Of a DNA stretch of 64,000 nt, positions 30,807 to 41,652 are shown one piece after another. Each line of letters opens with the position of its first letter. Within the stretch, counting starts at the first letter, position 1. The position numbers and the translations under genes are program-made. Under the pieces are notes generated by a model that saw only the letters and a list, made by a program, of their open reading frames with translations, made no database searches and was not told the DNA's origin. The DNA is from an uncultured virus (IMG/VR IMGVR_UViG_3300027782_000042) (taxonomy: Duplodnaviria; Heunggongvirae; Uroviricota; Caudoviricetes), in IMG/VR virus record IMGVR_UViG_3300027782_000042. One strand, written 5' to 3'.

Positions 30807-31763
30807 TTATTTAATCACGTATTCTACTGTATTTAAACAATCTAAAGTTTTTGGGTTTCCTCCCCCATAAGAAATTGCACTTTGTAGAGACTCCTGTATA
30901 TCATTTAATTTACTAAAAATTGATTTCTCTTTATATGGTATTAATTTTCTAATACCCTCTATTCTGTTGGTTTTGCCTGTCTGAGATGAGGAGGCACTAC
31001 CCCAAAACTCAACAAATAAAGAATCACCACTCTCGATCAGTTTTCCTGGAGATTCGTCATAACCGGCAAACATACCCCCAACCATAACCATAGACGCCCC
31101 TAAAACCAAACTTTTAACAATATCAGAATGTTCTTTAATTGATCCATCCGCAATTATTGGAACTTTTGACTCTCTACTACACCACTCAATCATGTTTGCT
31201 TGCCACCCTCGATTGCCAAATCCTGTTGAATGGTAGGTAGTACAGGCTGACCCACCACCAATTCCACACTTAATTGCATCACATCCCCACTCTGTTAGAT
31301 CTTTAACTGCGTCAGGAGTACAAACATTACCACCAATAAGAAAAACATCAGACATCTTATTTTTAATATAACTGACCATTTTTTTCATTTTAATTGAATG
31401 TCCGTGTGCAATGTCAATTGTAATAAAATCAGGGATAAGGTCTTTCGATGCCAAATAATCAATTAACCCATATGAGTCATCATTCACACCAATAGAAATT
31501 GATGAGATAAGATTTAGTTCTTTCATTGTTTTAACAAACTCAACCTCATCAATATTAAACCTATGTAGAATGTAAAAATAACCCTCCTCAGCGAGTTTAA
31601 TTGCCAAACTAACATCTATTATACTTTCCATGTTTGCAGGAACCACAGGTAATTTAAATTTAAATTTACCAAACTCACAAGTTGTGTTGCATTCAGACCT
31701 ACTATCCACATAACTAAATTGTGGGATAAGTGTGATGTCTTCGAAATCAAATTTGTTTTTCAT
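30807..31763 (-). CDS. guaC: GMP reductase
   Basis: PVVPANM, YILHRF, ITIDIAHGHS, GIGGGSACTT, IIADG, LQSAISYGG; no CBS domains. Confidence 0.9.
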   Translation of the reverse strand: MKNKFDFEDITLIPQFSYVDSRSECNTTCEFGKFKFKLPVVPANMESIIDVSLAIKLAEEGYFYILHRFNIDEVEFVKTMKELNLISSISIGVNDDSYGLIDYLASKDLIPDFITIDIAHGHSIKMKKMVSYIKNKMSDVFLIGGNVCTPDAVKDLTEWGCDAIKCGIGGGSACTTYHSTGFGNRGWQANMIEWCSRESKVPIIADGSIKEHSDIVKSLVLGASMVMVGGMFAGYDESPGKLIESGDSLFVEFWGSASSSQTGKTNRIEGIRKLIPYKEKSIFSKLNDIQESLQSAISYGGGNPKTLDCLNTVEYVIK

Positions 31764-31860
31764 TTTTAGTACTTTCTATTTGTTTAATAGTTTCATTAAT
31801 TTACCTTCTATAAAAAAATACGTATTATTAAAAATACAATCAACACTAATATTTATTAAT

Positions 31861-32457
31861 ATGAAATATAATGATCTGTTACTTGAGAACAATAGACGTA
31901 GGGAAGTCATAAGAGTTATTGTAAAAGATATCATCTCAGTATTTAAACAAGAGGAAGACGGTGAATTTTATTTACCCAACTACATAAATGATGATAAAGA
32001 TTTTTATAATTTCACTAATTTTGAAAACAACTTATCCGTTGAAGTGATTATAAACCCCAACTTTGATGTTGATGATTTTATCGTTGATGGAAATTACTGG
32101 GGTAGTGATGATATAATAGAAATTATAATAGATTATAATCCTGATGTAAAAAATAAAATACTATATGATTTAGTTGGTGAGTTAAACCAAGTGGTTGCTC
32201 ATGAAATAAGACATATTGATCAAAGAAATAAAGAAACTTTTGATTTAGATGGTCCTGAAGAAGAGGATCCTTACGAATATTACACACAACCACATGAAAT
32301 TGATGCTCAAGTATTTGGGTTCAAGAGATTATCAAAAATCGCAAAAAAACCATATGAAATGGTGGTTAAAAACTGGTTTGATAAACACAAAGATATTCAT
32401 AGATTAAGTAATAAAGAAATGGAAGATGTTATAAATATATTAATGAATAACAAATAA
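31861..32457 (+). CDS. putative zinc metallopeptidase-like protein
   Basis: VVAHEIRHIDQ (HExxH) plus PHEIDA. Confidence 0.6.
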   Translation: MKYNDLLLENNRRREVIRVIVKDIISVFKQEEDGEFYLPNYINDDKDFYNFTNFENNLSVEVIINPNFDVDDFIVDGNYWGSDDIIEIIIDYNPDVKNKILYDLVGELNQVVAHEIRHIDQRNKETFDLDGPEEEDPYEYYTQPHEIDAQVFGFKRLSKIAKKPYEMVVKNWFDKHKDIHRLSNKEMEDVINILMNNK

Positions 32458-32458
32458 A

Positions 32459-32869
32459 ATGGCAAGAATATTTCCACAAAAATACATACAAAAAATAGAA
32501 GACATTAAAAGATTAGTATTAATAAGATCTAAATTATTATCTGAATTTGGAAATGAGGGAGTTAAAATAGAATTAGATGATTATTCTTATGATCAAAAAC
32601 TTGATATTTTTCATGAACTAATTTTTAACATAGACCTAAAATCTATTGATTGTGATGATTGTGATTTTTATATAGATTCTCTTGCTGACACCATTAAAAA
32701 CTATAACGATAAAATTATAAATGGGTCAAGATTTGAAGTAACCTCAAAATTGGACATAGTAAATGGGAATACTACAAGAGGGGTTTTATTATCGGAAATA
32801 ACTTATAAATTTTCAGAGATCCAAAAGTTATCTTTTGGTCTATTTATTGACCCCAATAATAAATTTTAA
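32459..32869 (+). CDS. hypothetical protein
   Basis: ORF track. Confidence 0.7.
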   Translation: MARIFPQKYIQKIEDIKRLVLIRSKLLSEFGNEGVKIELDDYSYDQKLDIFHELIFNIDLKSIDCDDCDFYIDSLADTIKNYNDKIINGSRFEVTSKLDIVNGNTTRGVLLSEITYKFSEIQKLSFGLFIDPNNKF

Positions 32870-32870
32870 A

Positions 32871-33491
32871 TTAAGATTTAAATCTATTTATTATTTTTTT
32901 AATTAATTCTCTTACAACCACACCAGAAATTGTTATTCCACCAAATGAAACTAATCTTTTTGTTAATTCGTTAATTTCTGATTCACCCATATTTGTAAGA
33001 GATATTTCATATAATTGTGGTATTATAGGTATTAGAAACGCATAAGCAATCATATTACTTATTTTATGTGTTGTAATACCTAAACTATCAATAAACGATA
33101 AAAATACTTTTTCTAAATTTTCAGATTTAGATAAAGTTTTATCAAATAGATTAACTAATCCACGATCTTTTATTGCCAATAAAACCTTATTTAATTTTTG
33201 TTTATTTGATGAAAAATAAGTCAATATAACACCACTTAATATTAAAAAAAGATCCGTATCATTAATATTTACAGACTCGTTTTTAACAAAATCAGAAATA
33301 GGACCAATAAATCCACCAATGGTCGACCCCCAAGTTATTAAAAATCCAAGATCAAAACCAATTTGTTTTTCGGAGGTTTTAAGTACTTTAGATGTGAATG
33401 ATTTTAAACCATTTAAAGTTTTTATAATACCGTTGCTTGACTCCTCGAGTAAAATATATTTATATTGAGATTCCGTAATTATTATATTCAT
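32871..33491 (-). CDS. membrane protein with MNIIITESQ..ILLEE propeptide
   Basis: ORF track; several hydrophobic helices. Confidence 0.75.
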   Translation of the reverse strand: MNIIITESQYKYILLEESSNGIIKTLNGLKSFTSKVLKTSEKQIGFDLGFLITWGSTIGGFIGPISDFVKNESVNINDTDLFLILSGVILTYFSSNKQKLNKVLLAIKDRGLVNLFDKTLSKSENLEKVFLSFIDSLGITTHKISNMIAYAFLIPIIPQLYEISLTNMGESEINELTKRLVSFGGITISGVVVRELIKKIINRFKS

Positions 33492-33526
33492 GGTTAATTA
33501 ATAAATATATCGTAATATTTATTTAT

Positions 33527-34237
33527 ATGGGAAAGAAAAAATTGTTAAATGCTGACTTGGAAGTTGGCGACTCGGTTCAGTTAATAAGTATGACCGATCC
33601 TTATAAAATACCTCCATCAATGATGGGTAAGGTTAAATTTGTTAGTAACGTACAAGGAAGTAAAATTTATGGCGTTGAGTGGAAAACACCTAATGGAACT
33701 GTTATTGGTTCATTATCATTAATTGATGATATTAATCCTGAAACAGGTAAAAGGTTGGATAATTGGTTTAGAATCGTTGACGAAGAGTATGACGAGTCTT
33801 CAAATGAAGATCGAATAGAGGAAAATTTTATAACGTTAACAAAAGGTCAGATTATAAAAGAGTCAAAAAAAAAAATACCTGAAGAGTTTGTAAGGTTATC
33901 TGAGTTATATAATATTGCCGAAATATACAAATATTTAGAGGCTCTTAGAATCTCTAGTATTGTAAATATGAATGGGTCTTCACCATACCTATATATGGGT
34001 AGAGATAGAATTTATCACCAACACTACTTTGAAGACTTTGATAGTGAGGAAAGACAAGAAAATTATGATTATGTTCTTGAAAATTCAGATAAGATCAAGA
34101 ACATGATCATTAGAGGTGCCTATTCCGTAACTGGTGCAGATAATATGAGAGGTTTGGAAAGAAAAGTTCAGCAAGATGCGACTGACCTATTTCAACTATA
34201 TGCCAAAATGAAAGGTGGTAGTAAATTTATGCGTTAA
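33527..34237 (+). CDS. hypothetical protein, N-terminus DUF4314-like
   Basis: GDSVQLISMTDP..GKV..VEW..GSLSLI pattern. Confidence 0.65.
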   Translation: MGKKKLLNADLEVGDSVQLISMTDPYKIPPSMMGKVKFVSNVQGSKIYGVEWKTPNGTVIGSLSLIDDINPETGKRLDNWFRIVDEEYDESSNEDRIEENFITLTKGQIIKESKKKIPEEFVRLSELYNIAEIYKYLEALRISSIVNMNGSSPYLYMGRDRIYHQHYFEDFDSEERQENYDYVLENSDKIKNMIIRGAYSVTGADNMRGLERKVQQDATDLFQLYAKMKGGSKFMR

Positions 34238-34263
34238 TAAAGTATTTATAATAAAATTAAATT

Positions 34264-34713
34264 ATGGGAAATTACTTTTTAAATATTAACAAACAAGAAA
34301 AACAAAACATTTTAGATAAACATAAGACAGTTTATGATGGTTTTGTTACCAAGTACGGTCAATCAATAAATAATCAACCACTATACGTCCAAGATTTTGC
34401 AAATGACAAAAATGGAATTACAGTATCAAACAAAGGTGTTGTTAAAAACTACACTAACGTTAATATTAACGAAACTAATATACCTATTGACAATGTAGGG
34501 TTAAAACGTAATATTGGTTTAGATTTTAACGATTATAAAGATGAGGATGATACTGATTGGGTTAACCAATTAATGTCTTCAGAAGATGAATTAGGTGAAG
34601 AAATTAATGAGTTTGATTTATATACTGAAATTGATGAGGACGAACAAGAGCCTTTAAAAGATAATGTTCATGAATCTTTAAATATGTTTAAAAGGTTTAA
34701 AAAATATAATTAA
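34264..34713 (+). CDS. hypothetical protein with propeptide
   Basis: ORF track. Confidence 0.75.
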   Translation: MGNYFLNINKQEKQNILDKHKTVYDGFVTKYGQSINNQPLYVQDFANDKNGITVSNKGVVKNYTNVNINETNIPIDNVGLKRNIGLDFNDYKDEDDTDWVNQLMSSEDELGEEINEFDLYTEIDEDEQEPLKDNVHESLNMFKRFKKYN

Positions 34714-35018
34714 TGGAAATAAAAGAAATCTCATCATATTATTTTGATCAAGACACAAAAAGACTTGATGTTTCATTTAGATTAACGATAGATTCTGAAG
34801 ATGAGATAAGACATGATGTTCTAAAATTAGAAGAAGCAAAAGAATTTGGTTATGACATTATAACCGAAGATTCTAATTTTTTTGATTTAGATGAAGATGA
34901 AGATTTTGATGAAGATTTTGATGATTTTGCTACGGTAGATGAAGAAATGTTATTGGCCTATTTAAATGAGTATTACATTGTTTATCCCAATAAATTACCT
35001 AAATCTGATTTATTTTGA
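34713..35018 (+). CDS. acidic hypothetical protein
   Basis: ORF track. Confidence 0.75.
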   Translation: MEIKEISSYYFDQDTKRLDVSFRLTIDSEDEIRHDVLKLEEAKEFGYDIITEDSNFFDLDEDEDFDEDFDDFATVDEEMLLAYLNEYYIVYPNKLPKSDLF

Positions 35019-35260
35019 CCGACTTAAATCAAATAATGAGATTAATGTCTGATTATACTTTTGATTCTTCTGAGAATGGAGAATTAGGAGAACAAGATGA
35101 AGCCGGAGGTGGAGGTGGAGGAGGATCCTCAGCACCATACCCTACTGTAACTAAATGGGAGACAGGATTGGCAAGAAGTGTGGCCAACCAAATAGACAGT
35201 AAGTCTAAATGGAAAGACCTTTATAAAATAACAAGAGGAAAGGCGAATACATTATTATGA
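35015..35260 (+). CDS. hypothetical protein with Gly tract
   Basis: ORF track, TTG start overlapping upstream stop. Confidence 0.65.
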   Translation: MTDLNQIMRLMSDYTFDSSENGELGEQDEAGGGGGGGSSAPYPTVTKWETGLARSVANQIDSKSKWKDLYKITRGKANTLL

Positions 35261-37008
35261 AAAATATTGACAACATAATATTAAATTCTTTAAGACTAAT
35301 AAATTACGATAGGTCTAAACATGTGACAGAACAAAAACTATTAAATATTTCTGAAGACTATGAAAGCGAATATTTAAAACGTAAAGGTCTTGAAAAAGGT
35401 TTAGAAAATGCCGGATATTACGATAAAGGGGATTATTGGAAAAAAATCCAAGATGATAATTTTAAAAATATCTCAGGATCTTTTTTAAAAGATATTGCTT
35501 GGAAAAATACAAATAAGTCAAACTCTCTACCAAAAGAATCCATGCAAAATCAATTAATAAGTATTAATAGTGTAGTCCCTAATGAAACGTTATATCAAAC
35601 ACAAGAAGATTATAACAAATCAAAAATAACACCACTAGAGTGGGCTAAAGTTAATGAGTCATATAACGAATCAAAAGCCATAAATTATTTTGGTTCACAA
35701 TGTATGAAATTATCAGGAAGGTACCCAAAATATGATGCTGGATATTCGGATGATTGGGATTATTACGTTTCGTCATCCTCTAACACCAGATGTAAATCAA
35801 AAAAAGTAAAAGTTGTAAGTGATAAAGATAAAAACAAAGTTGAATATCTTTATCAAAAGAAATTACTAAATCCAATTACATTAAAAAATGGAAATTCATA
35901 TAATTTAACCAAATTTACATATGACCCCGACTGTACCCCAATAGATTATAATTTATGTTTAAGGTATGCATGGCAGTCTGTATTTTCAACAGGTGTTAAC
36001 AATAATTCCGTATTAAAATTTAAAAAAGGTGATAAAACATATGTTGGTTGTATGACAGACAATTGGTTTCCTTGGTTTAATAGGTTTGTTGGTTATATTG
36101 AGGAAGGTCAATCAAAAGTAAAAGATCCATATACAGGTATATTTGATACAAACAAGTGCAATAAACCAGGAAGTGAAGCCTCAAATTTTTCAGGAGTTGT
36201 AAAAGTTGAGAACATATTAAGAGATAGTAGTCTTGGTACAGATTCTTGGGATAACCCACCGAATGCGTTATCACCAAGTAGTATGGGTTTATCTTTACAG
36301 GAATTTAAATTAAAAGGAAATTTAAGTGTGGATTGGAATTTAATTTATAAATCTAAAGTTGATTTTTATGATTCTCTTGAGGGGGATTTATACACAAAAG
36401 ATTCCACAGGTAAATACGGTTTGGACAACGAATGGAATGATAGAACAGAAAGTTATATTAATAGAGTTTATGAACCTAAAATAGATGATTTTATTGATAA
36501 AAAAAAATTTGAGGATGGTTTAATATGGGTAAAAAGTGAACAAGAAGTAATAAAAAATGACGTAAACTCAAATAAAGAAATTTTATTACCTTGGTTTACG
36601 GGTGCTTGGGATGAGTTAGTTGAGGCTTTTGATAATGCCTATACAGAAGATAAATTATCTATGTCTTGGTTAAAAGGTACTCCAAAGAAACATCCCGCAA
36701 CAAAACCTTTATATCGAATTGGTGTTGAAAAAATACCGAAATCAATTAAAGTTTTAAATTTTAATACGGCAACAGTTGATGAATTAAAAAAATTAAAAGA
36801 AATAAATTATAATGGTTTAAAAAAATACGATCACACCGAACTTTGGGGAAAACAGGGACCTGATCAAAAAACACAGGTCACAGGTGAATTGAGTATTGAT
36901 GAACAAATTGCTGCGGTAGAAATGATGAATCAAAAAATGATAAACTCAATAAAACAAGGGTTTATATTACCGTCCAATAGTGGAACTAACTTTAAAAGAT
37001 TTGGATAA
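35257..37008 (+). CDS. large hypothetical protein with propeptide
   Basis: ORF track. Confidence 0.8.
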   Translation: MKNIDNIILNSLRLINYDRSKHVTEQKLLNISEDYESEYLKRKGLEKGLENAGYYDKGDYWKKIQDDNFKNISGSFLKDIAWKNTNKSNSLPKESMQNQLISINSVVPNETLYQTQEDYNKSKITPLEWAKVNESYNESKAINYFGSQCMKLSGRYPKYDAGYSDDWDYYVSSSSNTRCKSKKVKVVSDKDKNKVEYLYQKKLLNPITLKNGNSYNLTKFTYDPDCTPIDYNLCLRYAWQSVFSTGVNNNSVLKFKKGDKTYVGCMTDNWFPWFNRFVGYIEEGQSKVKDPYTGIFDTNKCNKPGSEASNFSGVVKVENILRDSSLGTDSWDNPPNALSPSSMGLSLQEFKLKGNLSVDWNLIYKSKVDFYDSLEGDLYTKDSTGKYGLDNEWNDRTESYINRVYEPKIDDFIDKKKFEDGLIWVKSEQEVIKNDVNSNKEILLPWFTGAWDELVEAFDNAYTEDKLSMSWLKGTPKKHPATKPLYRIGVEKIPKSIKVLNFNTATVDELKKLKEINYNGLKKYDHTELWGKQGPDQKTQVTGELSIDEQIAAVEMMNQKMINSIKQGFILPSNSGTNFKRFG

Positions 37009-39482
37009 TGAGTAAAAATAAATTAAACGAAGAAATAGAAAATATTAAATCATTAATGACTATTAATGAGGCACTTCCAATTGGAGTAGGTCCAACTGGA
37101 TTATCTGCCGCTCAAGGCATTATGAACTTCTTTAATCCTAATACTGCACCTGAAGACAGTATTTTTAATAGACAAACTTTTTTAGAAACGGGAAAAAATA
37201 ACATACCTATGGGATATTTTGTTCCTAATATGATGGTTGGGAAATGTTATACATATTCAAAAATTAATCTTAGTGATCCTGTATGGAAAATTATGGGATT
37301 AGAAAAAATGGGGTTTGTTCCAGGTGAGGATTTATTTGAGGATGAAGACGGGACTTATATAAAACCTTCAAAAGACTCCCCTATTAGGATATATTTACCA
37401 AAAAAAGAATGGTTTGAACAATTTTCAAACTGCATTTTCTCAATTAAAAAAGTTAATGAGTGTGATAAACCAAACGCTTACGGGAATAAAATTTATACTT
37501 TACTATTCCAACTAAAAGACCCAAATTTAGCAATTAAAACTTTACAATTAACTAGTGAAGGTTTGATTTCTGTTGGAAGTATTAGTAGTGAAAATAGGGG
37601 GTGGGACCTTTATTCAAATTTTAAATCGTCCGGATATTTTTATATTAATAATGTTGGAAACATACAAGAATCTAAAAACAATAAAAATGATATGTTATTA
37701 GAAGTTTTTGATTCTGAATACGAACCTTATAATGTCCAACAGATGGAAAGAGAGGCAAAACTGAACAGAGATCTAGAAAATATTGAAAATGAAAAAAATG
37801 AAAAATTGGCCAACCTAATATCGTCTTCTCCGTTAAATAATATAGAAGAATATTCTTGGGCAAAAATAGAACAAGAAGGTGGAAGATCAGATTTTGATAA
37901 ATGGTATGACTCAAGTTCAGGTACTTTAATTACTATAGGGGTTGCAATTTTATTAGGGGTATTAACAGGAGGATTAGCCGCCGCTGCCGTAGAGGGTTTG
38001 GCATTGTCCGCCGCCGCATCAACCGCAGTAAGAGTTTCTGTTGTGGTATTTACTGAGGCAATTATTGGAGTTCCTGAATCAATATACCTTCACGATAGGG
38101 GTATGGATTCACAAGCAGGATTAATACTTTTTATGTGTTTAATACCCGCATTTGGTGAATTAGGAAGATTTAATAAATTTTTAAAAAAACCCGCATCTTT
38201 TGATGAAGCAATAGAAAATTTGGTTAGAAAAAATAAGTCGGGTGGTATGCAAACTCCTGCCGAATTTAAACAATGGCTTGACGGATTGAAGGTTACTGAC
38301 CCTGCATTATATGATTATATTTCAAAAGCATTACCTTTAGCTGAAACAACCGCAAGAAATGGAACTAAGATTATAGAAAGAAAAATTTATTCTGGATTAG
38401 AACTAGCCTTATTAAACGCAAAAGGCGGTAACATAGAAAAGGCTTATGAATTTTTAAATGCGGTAGAAAAAAGATCTATTAAGAAGATGCCGTCTCATTG
38501 GCCATCTACCGCTAAAAATTTAGGTTTTTCTCTTGGTATGGCGGGAGTGGCAGGAATAATATTCGCAGTATTTTTCTCAAGTGATAGTGAATTGGGTAAA
38601 CCATCAGAAATGAAAGCAAGAGTGGATAAAGGAATATCAGAATCAGAAAGACTATTTGGGACTAAAGTTGCTAATCAAATACAGACAAAGATAAAAAAAT
38701 TAACAGATGAAATTGGGAAAGCTTCGGAGTCTGATAATTGGAAGTTATTTTATTCTAAAACAAACGAACTATTAAAAGTATATAAAGATTTATGTAGGAT
38801 GGGAGCGTCCGGAACGGTAGACCCAACAAGATTTTTATCGGACACAATTTATAAATCATATCAAATAAGTTTATTAAACTATATTAATCAATGTGAACAA
38901 GTACAGTCAGGTACTAGAAATAGTCTTAGTGTTCCTATTTTTGACTCAAATATTGCAAAAAACTCACTTATTAACAGTAGACCTGATTTAGATCCGGCCA
39001 ACGGATCAGTACTTAAAGGTAAATCAGAAATATGTGAGTTTTTAAATTGGGCTTACTTAAATTATAACGATAAATTTCAATACTATTATAATATTGAAAT
39101 TACTTCACCTTTTACAAAAGAAACTCAAAAAAATAAATTTTGGGTAAAGGGTATAGATGGTGGATTAACCGTACCTAACCCTAATAGGGCGGTAGGAAAC
39201 ATCTTATGTGAAAAATGGTTTAACCCTATAAATCAAAATATACCAAAATTTGATTATCCTGACTTTTTGTCTCACCCATTAATGAAAAATTTATGGGCAC
39301 AATACGGAACTTTATATTCTGATTTTAAAAATAGTTCTTGTAATAAACCAGGTTTTACTGAAATTACTAAGGCAAGCGAAATCGGTACGTTAAATGATCC
39401 TAACTATGAATATTGTACATTTAAAGATAGTCTTGGAAAAACTAAATATTTTAAAAAAATAAAAGAAAAAGTAGAAAATTAA
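37008..39482 (+). CDS. large putative virion/ejected protein with hydrophobic helices
   Basis: LNEEIENIKSLMTINE propeptide; internal TM-like segments. Confidence 0.75.
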   Translation: MSKNKLNEEIENIKSLMTINEALPIGVGPTGLSAAQGIMNFFNPNTAPEDSIFNRQTFLETGKNNIPMGYFVPNMMVGKCYTYSKINLSDPVWKIMGLEKMGFVPGEDLFEDEDGTYIKPSKDSPIRIYLPKKEWFEQFSNCIFSIKKVNECDKPNAYGNKIYTLLFQLKDPNLAIKTLQLTSEGLISVGSISSENRGWDLYSNFKSSGYFYINNVGNIQESKNNKNDMLLEVFDSEYEPYNVQQMEREAKLNRDLENIENEKNEKLANLISSSPLNNIEEYSWAKIEQEGGRSDFDKWYDSSSGTLITIGVAILLGVLTGGLAAAAVEGLALSAAASTAVRVSVVVFTEAIIGVPESIYLHDRGMDSQAGLILFMCLIPAFGELGRFNKFLKKPASFDEAIENLVRKNKSGGMQTPAEFKQWLDGLKVTDPALYDYISKALPLAETTARNGTKIIERKIYSGLELALLNAKGGNIEKAYEFLNAVEKRSIKKMPSHWPSTAKNLGFSLGMAGVAGIIFAVFFSSDSELGKPSEMKARVDKGISESERLFGTKVANQIQTKIKKLTDEIGKASESDNWKLFYSKTNELLKVYKDLCRMGASGTVDPTRFLSDTIYKSYQISLLNYINQCEQVQSGTRNSLSVPIFDSNIAKNSLINSRPDLDPANGSVLKGKSEICEFLNWAYLNYNDKFQYYYNIEITSPFTKETQKNKFWVKGIDGGLTVPNPNRAVGNILCEKWFNPINQNIPKFDYPDFLSHPLMKNLWAQYGTLYSDFKNSSCNKPGFTEITKASEIGTLNDPNYEYCTFKDSLGKTKYFKKIKEKVEN

Positions 39483-39549
39483 AATCCTTATTTAATTACA
39501 TTATTAAATAAGAACATATTTATTATATAAAACATAAAATAAAAAAGTC

Positions 39550-41631
39550 ATGGTTAGAAATCAAATAAATGAAATAATCAGAATAAAAAATTTAATGGGG
39601 TTTAAGACTAACCCTTTAAATGAATCAAGAAATTTAATAAAAAAAATACTAATTAATGAGGCGGCTATAGGTCCCAAACAAGAAATGATAGAATTAGTTA
39701 GGAAATTTTTTAGATATTCTAATGAAGAAGCGGCAGAATTCTATAAAACCTTAGCCGATGAGGAAAAAATCTATATGAAGGAACTTATAGACGCTCAAAA
39801 TGAACTTGGTGGTCGTATTGCTGGTGATTTAACTGATCCATTTGTTGTTGCATCATTAAGAAAAACATTAACAGATAGTGGTGATGACTTAAAAAAAGTA
39901 TTAGCAAAGGCATCAAGAAATATAGAAAGAAGATTGGCGGGTCTTAATGTACAAACTCTTTTAACTATGGATGGTGATGTTGCGTCAATGCTTAGAACCG
40001 TTCAGTTGTCTAAGAATGTACAAATTAATAATAAAAATGCAACTTTATTAGATTTATTGGCGGTAATTGAGAAATCAGGTGGTGTTAAAAAATCTACTAT
40101 TTTTGATGCAAATCCAGAAATGTGGGGTATTTTAGCTCAAGATTTAAATAAAGTTTCGGATGATGCTCCCGATAATGTAAAGAAGTATTTGGCCGATTTG
40201 CAAGAAGAAATCTTTGAAAAAAATGATCCTGACTCTTATATTGATATTATTGCAAGAGAGGAAGATGAGATTATGGCCTTAATAGATGATGCGGAATTTA
40301 CTATTTTAAAAAGAGATTTAGAAGAACCAATTACAATAGATTTTGAGATTGAAGATGTTATTAATAATAATGATATACCATTAGACCAAAAACAAAAGGC
40401 TCAGAAAATGTTTCAAGAACGTTTGGCTGGTTGTGATACAAGAGCTTGTAGAATTTTAAACAATATTGCAAAGAAAAACCCTGAAAAATACAATAAGTTT
40501 TGGAACAATATTGAAAATGAATTTTTAAATAGAATCAAACTTGGAGAACAATTTCAACCTTTACAAGGTACAATCACAAATACCGCTCAAGTACTTAAAA
40601 AACTTGGGGGTGGTGCTGGAACAGGAAAGGCTTTAACTGAGTCGGATATTGATGCAATTAGTACCGCAGTTTTTGAAGACATTAAAAAGTCAGGTAATTG
40701 GTTTTTTAATACTAAGTCCTTTATGGGGTGGGATGCTTACATGAGTAATGGAGAATGGATATCAACAATTAAAAGTCTATTATTTGGTCAAAGTTTAAAT
40801 ACGGGTAAATTTGGAACATTTAAAGATATGTTAAAAAGATGGGCGGGATTTAACACTCTTATTTTTACAATACAATTTGCCGATAAACTTAGGGAGTACA
40901 ATCAAGGACCAAAAGTTGGTGAAACAAGTGGCGAACTTTTAATGAGACTTGGTTATGAAACCGGTAAAGATATGTTAGGTGGCGGACTTTTTGGGGCGGC
41001 ACCTATTTTAAGAATTGGTTATGAAACTGCGGTGAAAATGATAGACGTAATGATTGAAGATTATGCTTACGTTTCTGAGGCAGATTTAAAAGAATATCTA
41101 AGAGACTCAAACGGTTGGACGGATATCGTAATGGATCAATTTATATTTCACCCTGTTGATAACAAGTCGTATGTTACTTATTTTCAGAACCCAACGGATA
41201 ACTCATCCCCAAGAACTGTTATATCTGGAATAACAGTTACACCATATGATACTTCAAATGGTACATACACAACAGATAGAACATCAATACCATCAAAAAT
41301 AGTTTTTGTTAAAGAAGGATCAAAAACACCTATTGTTACTAAACAACAAGTTCCTTCAGCCGAAATAGATAAAGTTAAAACAATGTTATATGAAAAATCG
41401 GTTATTTCTAAGTTTATAAAGAAAAAAGTTTTAGCTACCGACATTAAATATGAAGGAGAAACAAAAGTTAATAAAGACGGAAAAGATTTGACAATGTTAA
41501 AATTTACTTACACAAACACTAGTGATGTTGATTTAGTATTAATTTTTTCATATGACGAGTGGGTAAGTGCTAATAAACCTGATTTAACAACTGACCCATT
41601 ATTTGACCAATATTGTAGATTTGATTCTTAA
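39550..41631 (+). CDS. large putative virion protein
   Basis: INEIIRIKNLM..LNE..LINE propeptide. Confidence 0.75.
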   Translation: MVRNQINEIIRIKNLMGFKTNPLNESRNLIKKILINEAAIGPKQEMIELVRKFFRYSNEEAAEFYKTLADEEKIYMKELIDAQNELGGRIAGDLTDPFVVASLRKTLTDSGDDLKKVLAKASRNIERRLAGLNVQTLLTMDGDVASMLRTVQLSKNVQINNKNATLLDLLAVIEKSGGVKKSTIFDANPEMWGILAQDLNKVSDDAPDNVKKYLADLQEEIFEKNDPDSYIDIIAREEDEIMALIDDAEFTILKRDLEEPITIDFEIEDVINNNDIPLDQKQKAQKMFQERLAGCDTRACRILNNIAKKNPEKYNKFWNNIENEFLNRIKLGEQFQPLQGTITNTAQVLKKLGGGAGTGKALTESDIDAISTAVFEDIKKSGNWFFNTKSFMGWDAYMSNGEWISTIKSLLFGQSLNTGKFGTFKDMLKRWAGFNTLIFTIQFADKLREYNQGPKVGETSGELLMRLGYETGKDMLGGGLFGAAPILRIGYETAVKMIDVMIEDYAYVSEADLKEYLRDSNGWTDIVMDQFIFHPVDNKSYVTYFQNPTDNSSPRTVISGITVTPYDTSNGTYTTDRTSIPSKIVFVKEGSKTPIVTKQQVPSAEIDKVKTMLYEKSVISKFIKKKVLATDIKYEGETKVNKDGKDLTMLKFTYTNTSDVDLVLIFSYDEWVSANKPDLTTDPLFDQYCRFDS

Positions 41632-41652
41632 CATTAAATTATAAAAAAATAT

